64,000 bases of DNA, from assembly GCF_009914755.1 (NCBI RefSeq), contig NC_060927.1; one strand, written 5' to 3'. Shown here piece after piece: positions 54,278 to 64,000 of this stretch. Source of the DNA: the human T2T-CHM13v2.0 reference genome, Homo sapiens. The position numbers were made by a program, and so were the translations under genes. Position 1 is the stretch's first letter; each line of letters opens with the position of its first letter. A model generated the notes under the pieces. It was not told where the DNA came from. It saw nothing but the letters and a program-made list of their open reading frames with translations, and did not search any database.

Positions 54278-54514
54278 CTAGCTGCAGGAGTTTTTTTTCA
54301 TACCCCAGTGGCACCTGGAACCTCCGAGACAGAACTGTTCACTCCCCTGGAAAAGGGGCTGAAGCCAGGGAGCCAAGTGGTCTGGCTCAGCAGATCCCAC
54401 CCCCAGAAAGCCCAGCAAACTAAGATCCACTGGCTTGAAATTCTCACTGCCAGCACAGCAGTCTGAAGTCCACCTGGGACATTTGAGCTTGGTGGGGGGA
54501 GGGGCATCCACCAT
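54278..54514 (-). CDS. L1 ORF0-like antisense ORF, 78 aa (MVDAPPPTKLKCPRWTSDCCAGSENF...)
   Basis: In-frame Met22 of track ORF 54278..54577. Resembles L1HS ORF0 as I recall it (MAGAPPP...SDCCA...GVGPSEP...SRC); Kozak context gtaATGG. Expression unknown. Confidence 0.55.
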   Translation of the reverse strand: MVDAPPPTKLKCPRWTSDCCAGSENFKPVDLSLLGFLGVGSAEPDHLAPWLQPLFQGSEQFCLGGSRCHWGMKKNSCS

Positions 54515-54700
54515 TACTGAGGCTGGAGTAGGAAGTATTCCCCTCACAGTGTAAACAAAGCCACCAGGAACTTCCAACTAGGCACTGCCCACCGCAGCTC
54601 AGCAAAGCCACTGTAGCCAGACTGCCTCTCTAGATTCCTCATCTCTGGGCAGAACATCTCTGAAATAAAAGCAGCAGCCCCAGTCAGGGGTTTATAGTTC

Positions 54701-54865
54701 AACTAAGCTTCATAAGCAAAGGAGAAATAAAATCCTTTACAGACAAGCAAATGCTGACAGATTTTGTCACCACCGGGTTCTTGCCTTACAAGAGCGCCTG
54801 AAGAAAGCACTAAACATGGAAAGGTAAAACTGGTACCAGCCACTGAAAAACATACCAAATTGTAA
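54701..54865 (+). pseudogene. L1 ORF1 C-terminal remnant
   Basis: aactaagcttcataagcaaaggagaaataaaatcctttacagacaagcaaatgctg encodes KLSFISKGEIKSFTDKQML-like sequence; the N-terminal majority of ORF1 is absent. Confidence 0.9.
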
Positions 54866-54928
54866 AGACCATTGACACTATGAAGAAACTGCATCAACTA
54901 ACGGGCAAAATAACCAGCTAGCATCATA

Positions 54929-57900
54929 ATGACAGGATCAAATTCACACATATAAATATTAACCTTAAATATAAACAGGCTAAATGCCCCAATTAAAAGA
55001 CACAGACTGGCAAATTGGGTAAAGAGTCAAGACCCATCGGTGTGCTGTGTTCAGGAGACCCATCTCATGTTCAAAGATACACATAGGCTCAAAATAAAGG
55101 GATGGAGGAATATTTACCAAGCAAATGGAAAGAAAAAAAAAAAGCAAGGGTGGCAATCCTTGTCTCTGATGAAACAGACTTTAAACCAACAAAGATCAAA
55201 GAAGACAAAGAAGGGCATTACATAATGGTAAAGAGATCAATGCAACAAGAAGAGCTAATATATGCACCCAATACAAGAGCACCCAGATTCATAAACCAAG
55301 CTCTTAGAGACCTACAAAGAGACTTAGACTCCCAGATAATAATAGTGGGAGACTTTAACACCCCACTGTCAATATTAGACAGATCTACAAGACAGAAAAT
55401 TAACAAGGATATTCAGGACTTGAAATCAGCTCTGGACCAAGCAGACCTAATAGACATCTACAGAACTCTCTACACCAAATCAACGGAATGTACATTCTTC
55501 TCAGCACCATATCACACTTATTCTAAAATTGACCATGTAATTGGAAGTGAAACACTCATCAGCAAATGCAAAAGAATGGAAATCATAACAAACAGTCTCT
55601 CAGACCACAGTGCAATCAAATTAGAACTCAGGATTAAGAAACTCGCTCAAACCTGACAATGCATAGAAACTGAACAACCTGCTCCTGAAGGACAACTGGG
55701 TAAATAACACAATTAAGGCAGAAATAAATAAGTTCTTTGAAACTTATTTCAAAGAACTTTGAGAACAAAGACACAACATACCAGAATCTCTGGGACACAG
55801 CTAAAGCAGTGTTTAGAGAGAAATTTATAGCGCTAAATGCCCACAGGAGAAAGCAGGAAAGATCTAAAATCAAAAACCTAAATCACAATTAAAAGAACTA
55901 GAGAAGCAAGAGCAAACAAATTCAAAAACTAACAGAAGAAATAACTAAGATCAGAATAGAATTGAAGGATAGAGACTTGAAGAACCCTTCAAAAAATCAA
56001 TGAATCCAGGAGTTGGTTTTTTGAAAAGATTAACAAAATAGATAGATCGCTAGCCAGACTAATAAAGCAGAAAAGAGAGAAGAATCAAATAGACACAATA
56101 AAAAATTATAAAGGGGATATTATCATCACTGATCCCACAGAAATACAAACTCCCATCAGAGAATAATATAAACACCTCTATGCAAATAAATTAGAAAATC
56201 TAGAAGAAATGGATGAATTCCTGGACACGTACACCCTCCAAAGACTAAACCAGGGAGAAGTCAAATCCCTGAATAGGCCAATAACAAGTTCTGAAATTGA
56301 GGCAGTAATTAATAGCCTACCAATCAAAAAAAGCCCAGGACCAGACGGATTCACAGCTGAATTCTACCAGAGGTACAAAGAGGAGCTCATACCATTCCTT
56401 CTGAAACTATTCCAAACAATGGAAAAAGAGGGACTCCTCCCTAACTCATTTTACGAGGCCAGCATCATCCTAATACCAAAACCTGAAAAAGACACATTAA
56501 AAAAAGAAAATTTCAGGCCAATATCCCTGATGAACATCAATGTGAAAATCCTCAGTAAAATACTGGCAAACTGAATCCAGCAGTACATTAAAAAGCTTAT
56601 CCACCACGATCAAGTCGGCTTCTTCCCTGGGATGCAAGTCTGATTCAACATATGCAAATCTATAAACATAATCCATCACATAAACATAACCAATGACAAA
56701 AACCACATGATTATCTCAACAGATGCATAAAAGGCCTTTGATAAAATTCAACACCCCTCATGATAAAAACTCTCAATAAACTAGGTATTGATGGAACGTA
56801 TCTAAAAATAATAAGAGCTACTTATGACAAACCCACAGTCTACATCATACTGAGTGGGCAAAAGCTGGAAACATTCCCTTTGAAAACCAGCACAAGACAA
56901 GGATGCCCTCTCTCACCACTCCTATTCAACATAGTATTGGAAGTTCTGGCCAGGGCAATCAGGCAAGAGAAAGAAATCAAGGGTATTCAAATAGGAAAAA
57001 AAAGGAAGTCAAATGGTCTCTGTTTGCAGATGACAGAATTGTATATTTAGAAAACCCCTTCATCTCAGCCCAAAATCTCCTTAAGCTGATAGGCAACTTC
57101 AGCAAAGTCTCAGGATACAAAATCAATGTGCAAAAATCACAAACATTCCTATATACCAATAATAGACAAACAGAAAGCTAAATCATGAGTGAACTCCCAT
57201 TCACAACTGCTACAAAGAGAATAAAATACCTAGGAATACAATTTACAAGGGATGTGAAGGACCTCTTCAAGGAGAACTAAAAACCATTGCTCAAGGAAAT
57301 AAGAGATGACACAAACAAATGGAAAAACATTCCATGCTCATGAATAGGAAGAATTACTATCATGAAAATGGCCATACTGCCCAAAGTAATTTATAGATTC
57401 AATGCTATCCCCATCAAGCTACCATTGACTTTCTTCACAGAATAAGAAAAAACTACTTTAAATTTCATGTGGAACAGAAATAGAGCCCGTACAGCCAAGA
57501 CAATCCTAAGCAAAAAGAACAAAGCTGGAGGCATCACGCTACCTGACTTCAAACTATACTACAAGGCTACAGTAACCAAAACAGCATGGTACTGGTACCA
57601 AAACAGATATATAGACCAATGGAACAGAACAGAGGCCTCAGAAATAATACCACACATCTACAACCATCTGATCTTTGACAAACCTGATAAAAACAAGCAA
57701 TAAGGAAAGGATTCCCTATTTAATAAATGGTGTTGGGAAAACTGGCTAGCCGTGCAGAAAACTGAAACTGGACCCCTTTCTTACACCTTATACAAAATTA
57801 ACTAAAGATGGATTAAAAACTTAAACGTGAGACCTAAAACCATACAAAACTCTAGAAGAAAACCTAGGCAATACCATTCAGGACATAGGCATGGTCAAAG

Positions 57901-58733
57901 ACTTCATGACTAAAACATCAAAAGTAATGGCAACAAAAGCCAAAATTGATAAATAGGATCTAATTAAAGAGTTTCTGCACAGCAAAAGAAACTTTCATCA
58001 GAGTGAACAGGCAACCTACAGAATGTGAGAACATTTTTGCAATCTATCCATCTGACAAAGGGCTAATATCCAGAATCTATAAGGAACCCAAACAAATTTA
58101 CAAGAAACTATCAAACAACCCCATCAAAAAGTGGATGAATGATATGAACAGACATTTCTCAAAAGAAGACATTTATGCAGCCAACAAACATATGAAAAAA
58201 AGCTTATCATCACTGGTCATTAGAGAAATGCAAACCAAAACCACAATGAGATACCATCTCATACCAGTTAGAATGGCAATCATTAAAAAGTCAGGAAACA
58301 ACAGATGCTGGAGAGGATGTGGAGAAATAGGAACACTTTTACACTGTTGGTGGGACTGTAAATTAGTTCAACCATTGTGAAACACAGTGTGGCGATTCCT
58401 CAAGGATCTAGAACCAGAAATACCATTTGACCCAGCAATCCCATTGCTGGGTATATACCCAAAGGATTATACATTATTCTGCTATAAAGACACATGCACA
58501 CATATGTTTATTGCAGCACTATTCATAATAGCAAAGACTTGGAACCAACCCAAATGCCCATCAATGATAGACTGGTTAAAGAAAATGTGGCACATGTACA
58601 CCAGGGAATACTATGCAGCCATTAAAAAGGATGCAGGGACATGGATGAAGCTGGAAATCATCATTCTCAGCAAAATAACACAGGAACAGAAAACCAAATA
58701 TCGCATATATTCTCACTCATAAGTGGGAGTTGA
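54929..58733 (+). pseudogene. Disrupted L1 ORF2 (endonuclease-reverse transcriptase)
   Basis: ATGACAGGATCAAAT start; motifs [36 protein letters not shown] and LFADD; multiple stops and frameshifts. Confidence 0.95.
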
Positions 58734-61700
58734 ACAATGAGAACACATGGACACAGGGAGGGCAACATCACACACCGGGGCCTGTTGGGGGTTGGGGGAC
58801 TAGGGGAGGGATAGCATTGGGAGAAATACCTAATGTAGATGACAGGTTGATGGGTGCAGCAAACCACCATGGCACGTGTATACCTTTGTAACAAACCTGC
58901 ACGTTCTGCACATGTATCCCAGAACTTAAAGTATAAGAAAAAAAAAATGCTATCACATACACAGCCATTTTCAGCTGGGCAATCAAAACTGGGCCATGTT
59001 GAAGCTTTCACCCCACAAGCTGAAATACAGCTGAAAGATCCACGCCCCAGGGGCAGCCTAGCCAGGCTGGACACCAGCTCCTGCTCCCAGGCTTCTCCCC
59101 CTCACCCTCTGCTTTCACAGACCTCTTCCACATCAGAGGCTACACAGGAGGAGGGAGCCGGTTTTGTTTTCTGCATAATAAAGATTTCAAAAGGCGAACG
59201 AATGAAACTTCCATGCCTTGTTCGGAAGAAGTTCATTTTTTAATATATTTAAGAAACATCTAAGCATACAAACAAAAAATTTTGTAAATGTACACAAAGC
59301 CCCCTTGTGGAAGTATATTTAAAAACCATTTTGAGGGCTGGAATCTTGGAAAGGGAGAAATTATGGCATTCATGATATTGTAGGCTCCCGTGGGCTGGTC
59401 ATCATGTGAGGAATAGATGCAGGTATCTGACGGCAGCCGAAGCAGCATACCGTCAGCCAGACTGCCTGCCTCCTGGACTATCTTTGTATAACTACAGAAT
59501 CCTTTTTTCTTTTCCTTGTAGCCACCAAAAAGAAGTCCCAATATAGACCTTAGCGGATTTCATCCCATTTTAATTCTACATTGCTTTTATCTATCTTTTA
59601 TCAGAGGAAGGAAATCAAGCGGCATAATTTGGTTTACCTTTTTTTTAACTTTCAAGAAGAAAATATCTTCATATCTCCCAAGGCAACAGAATCTTTTGAA
59701 CTAATAAAAACCATACAATTTCCTAGGTACCAGTTTTTCCTATGGAAGATTTTTAAATTTCCTTCTAGGAAAAATAAACAATTAAAACACATCCTATGAA
59801 GATATGTTAAAGACCACGTTGAGTTGGAAATGAAATAAAATGCTGCATGTTCTGCATTTTTTTAACTCAAGAAAAACTTTTTTGACTTTCATGATGTGCA
59901 TATGGCCATTAATTTCAATGTGATATTATGGTTTTTGGCTGAACAGACAGTATGTATGTATGTATGTAAGCAAACAAAACAAATGCATTTTGTATTCAAA
60001 TTTATACAACTCCATACATTTTTATGCTGTTTATTTGAAAATTAATTTTGGCTTAGGCCTCAGAGACAGCAAATGTTGTCAAGATTTGAGGGCTACCTGA
60101 AAAGCCTTGGGGACAGCATTACCCTTATGCATAAGAAACAGCAAAATAAAATAAAAATAAATGAATTTCCAAATACGTCATGGCTAATCCCTTGAGCTGA
60201 CCTACAGATGAATTATGGAGGTTTTGCTACAGGACTGAGATCTGGTGATTTCACCGAGAGATTTATCTTATTTTCCAACTTATTTTCATATCTTATTTCC
60301 TTTTCTTTTAGAATTAGACTGTAAATAAAAGAGCTAAGAGTGAAGGAAGCTCCCTTTCACAGAACTCATATTGGATTGATAAATTAAAATGGTGAGATGA
60401 GTTTTGTATGACCCATCCTCAAGGATTTGGGAAATTTAGCCGATGCAAAACAAGGCATTAATTTGGAGAGGCCTAGCTACTTACAATGCTTAGTATTCTG
60501 ACAATGATGAATGGCATCATTCCAAGCAAATGGTAATTTCACTTTTTGTGACGGTACTTTAGAGCAAAACCGACTTTCTTCACACAAAGAATTTGCAATC
60601 CTATTGAACAGAGGCAGTACCTGAATATCAGAAATCCTTCATTGTTTAAGTATCATCTGATATTCTTGATTGGCTTCAGACTGAAGGTTGGAGTTGAATT
60701 AGGGAGAACGGAGGTTAAGTCCTAACCTTGAAAGACTTAGCAGCCATTGAAACACTGCCTTTGGGCACTTATTGGCCTGTATTTATAAAAAAAAAAAAAA
60801 CTTTTCAATTCAATGAGGGGAGGGAGAAAACACAAAACTTGTCACATTCATCAAGTGAAGCCACTGGAAAGACATCTACAGAACACCCAAAAAGCATAAT
60901 CTTTCCGAAGCGCTGATAGAAATGGTAATTGGATGGGTCAGGGAATAATACAACCGAAGCAGGGGCAAAGCAGAATATCGCTAAAAAATCAAGGTCAAAA
61001 AGAAAAGAACAGACCCTTCTTAACTAGTAAAAAACTTACACTTGGCCTTTGTACTAAGGGAAAAATATACCTGTTGCTACCCGTAATTTATGTCCTCACA
61101 AAAACCTCTCGAATAGAACCTTCAAACATAAAAAGCATTAAAGACCCTCAGTTTCACAGCCCATAAGAAAGCTTCGCCTTAAATATTGGCTCCATCAAAA
61201 TAAGTTTTCTGCATGCAGAAAAGAAAATGATTTTTAAAAGGAGCAACTAAAAGCAGTGACTCCCTTTCTCAATCTAAGCCATCTGTCTTTCCAGCAGGGG
61301 AAGGTGTGCCCTGCGGGGGTAGAAATACATTTAACAAACTCTACCCTGGGGGACTGAAAAAGACCAGGCACTCCGAAGACTGGCAGAGAATGCCAGCACT
61401 GTCTCCCCAGAGAGGAACAGACCTGATGAATCACCAAATCTGGGTTGCTCGTTTTCCTGCCTTCTTTGCTAATGAGCTAATCAGGGCTGAGCCAAATGAC
61501 ACATGTAAACAGATGAGCCGTCCGGGGATGCCGCCTTGTCCTGCTTTTATCTTACACAAACACCTCCACACTGGACTTAGAAGGCTTTTGGCACAAGGCA
61601 GAGAACTGATATTCTGGGCTGCATCCAGCTGGGAAAGGAAGAGAACTAGTGAAGTGGTGTGTCGTTCAACTGGTGGAACTGCACGGATGCAGGTGTCTCC

Positions 61701-62752
61701 TTACTGACAAAGATATCAGTTAAGGGGGGAAACAGTCCCTGAAAAGACAGTATCTGGAGCCCCTCCTCTTCATCCAAGGAAATAAAGCAGAACACCCTCA
61801 AAACCTCTCTGGACAGGTTCCCTTAAGAGTTAAAAAAAAAACAAAACAAAAAACCCAAAGCTCAGCCTAGCATTTCCCTGTAAACCGTACAAATTCACTG
61901 ATACACAAGAAAGACAGCATCATTTGTTAATTCGCAAAATTCTAAGGTGCCTGTATACCCATTTCTATTAATCTAGGAATTCAACTTTCCACATTAGATT
62001 TCTACAGTGATGCAGGGTAGGAGATGGAGTTTATGATTTGTGCTGACAGAGCCACATCATATTTTAGGGAGATGACATTGCTATTGATGGTTCCTTCTAA
62101 TCTATTCCCAGTAACATGCTCATCTGTATGTTTTCCCCAGGCACCAGAAGAACAATCTCAGATCCTTAAAACAGTATGTCATTCCTTTCCACACATCTCA
62201 TATGCACATATATTATTATTATTTAACGTTTATTAAGTACCAACAGTATGCTAGGCACAATAGACATAGGGGGCCATAAAAACATATTTAACGCATCAAA
62301 AACCACAATAAAAGGATGCTGTGTATGTGACAGAAGACGATAAAAATCTCTGCAATTCATAGTTCAAGATGAAATGCACCCCAAGTCCCAGAGAAGCCTT
62401 GGAACAGTGTGGCACATCAAAAAAGGTATTGGAATTTTTATTCAGCCAGCGTAAGGAAGGTTATGCATACCTTACAATTAAACATGGCCTTCCTCAACCT
62501 TCCCAACATTCTGCAACAATGAATTCTCTAATGGTAAGCCACTAATTACTTAATTTATCTAGTTAAACTTCAGCACTCTACCTCATTCTCAATCATAATA
62601 GCATATACTCTGTACCAAGCACTATGGTAGTCATTTAAAATGTATTTCTCTGTATGAGAGTGGGGTTGAAACTTGGAAAGGTTCAGTGATGCATCCAAGG
62701 TCCATGATCAGGATTTCATTTTATTGTCTGTTTTCCAGGATTTCACTTCCTG

Positions 62753-62756
<4 letters not shown>

Positions 62757-62816
<60 letters not shown>
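62757..62816. repeat. (CA)n(GA)n compound microsatellite
   Basis: Directly visible; about 21 CA units followed by about 9 GA units. Confidence 0.97.
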
Positions 62817-62974
62817 TTAAGAGTGATAAATGCCATTCACAAGTTTGGGGATTTGGAGTTAATATAATATCAAATAACCAATTTAGACATTGTGTAGACA
62901 TAGCACTGGCCGGGCCAAGATAGATATATGCTAGGGGTCTCAACTTCTTCACTTGCTAACGCTACTTTAGACAT

Positions 62975-63225
62975 GGTTTAGTGTAGGGTAAAGAGCATGG
63001 AACCAAGTTTTCTGAGTCTGAATCCTGGTTTTGCCACTTCTAAGCTGAGTGACTATAAGCAAGTGAATTGACATCTCTGTACCTCTGTTTCCTCACATGT
63101 TAAAAAGATATGAGGAAAATAATAGTAACTTATTTCACAGAGTTATTGTGAGGATGAAATGAGTTAACGTATAAAGAAAACTTAGTACAGTGCCCAGCAC
63201 ATAGTAAGTGCTTAAAAAGCTGTTA
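62975..63225 (+). mobile_element. MIR, well preserved
   Basis: tagtgtagggtaaagagcatgg...tctgaatcctggttttgccactt...ctctgtttcctcacatgt...gtgaggatgaaatgagttaa...cagcacatagtaagtgct. Confidence 0.92.
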
Positions 63226-64000
63226 TGTCATCAGAGTCCTGGCATTGAGAAGCAGATAATATGTTTTGAGTAAAAGACATTGTTGCTGATGCTTATCAGT
63301 AAACCCTGTGCTGCAAGCTGCTTTATAATTAATAAAAATGAGTTTACACTAGCCATCTAACTCTCTTCATTCCAAACTTTCATGAACCTAAGTGAATCTA
63401 CAAGACAGCTGGCTAAAACCCCGAAAAGTTGCCTTTTTTTTTTTTTCTCCAAAACTGCTGTAAACACTAAAAAGTTGGCTTTTCTATGGTCGCCTTTACT
63501 GAACACCAGATGGATGGTTAGAAGGTAAAGAAAAGACCAGACTCATAGTGTTAGGCCCCATGGAGGTGTTAAATGAATGAATGAATGAATGATCCGACAG
63601 TGCCTAGAAGCTCAAATAATTCAACAAGGCTTCAAATTTGGATTCAGAATCTTCTTTGAAATTGGGCAACTCTCAGCCACAGCCAGACTAATTTGCATAT
63701 TTTCCATGTATTTTCCACTTCCTCCCTATTTCATTGTACATCTTCTGGAAATTTCTCTACTTGTTATTTCTACAGAGGACCTGGAGGAGATGGGAGAGGT
63801 AAACTTCAAGTCAGTTAACGGAGCTCATTGTTCTCTAACCAAGTGATAGCCTTAGTTGGAGAAAAAGTCAAAGCTAATCACTAAATTCAGATTTTTGGAT
63901 TATCAGTCAACATGAATTGACCATGCATTCCTTAGACAAATTAGGATTAGTAAGCAAAGTAGGAAAACAATCAGAGTTGATGCTTCGTACTAAGAAAAAA

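Larger units (their letters stand above)
53884..58947 (+). mobile_element. Near-full-length L1PA7/L1PA8-like LINE-1 with an internal deletion
   Basis: Starts ggagaggggcaaaatggctgaataggaacaactcc (5' UTR start). Continues through ORF1 C-terminus, inter-ORF spacer, ORF2 endonuclease/RT/C-terminal peptides (ORF track 55102-58722), 3' UTR and A-tail. About 5.06 kb. Confidence 0.98.

Noticed and set aside
55040-58722. Multiple long ORFs with endonuclease and reverse-transcriptase motifs
   Set aside because: Fragments of a mutated LINE-1 ORF2, not a novel RT system or a host gene.

Overview
Human-type, AT-rich, CpG-depleted non-coding DNA, most likely a large intron or intergenic region. The species is inferred from an AluYa5 carrying all five diagnostic positions. 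I recognise no host protein-coding exon or RNA gene with confidence and cannot name the locus. Most of the ORF track consists of chance ORFs or translations of Alu, L1, MaLR and microsatellite sequence. Repeats found: 8 Alus, all with readable target-site duplications (TSDs); a near-full-length L1PA7/8-like element (53884-58947) with an internal deletion; a twin-primed, 5'-inverted L1 (30328-31032); older L1M, L2 and MIR fragments; MaLR LTRs (THE1, MST, MLT1); and DNA-transposon MITEs (MER5A, MER2, MER53, MER94). Best leads: (1) an intact antisense ORF0-like frame with a strong Kozak context and retained splice donor in the otherwise dead L1, pointing towards two small minus-strand exon candidates (44806-44860, 903-956); (2) a 107-nt long hairpin at 44061-44167 that I cannot assign to a repeat; (3) a cUUCGg-capped, CpG-retaining hairpin at 59427-59456; (4) two template-switch palindromes; (5) a young, possibly polymorphic AluYa5. 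I cannot support a claim of a new biological system from the sequence alone. Subfamily calls rest on remembered consensus sequences, and old-repeat boundaries are approximate.
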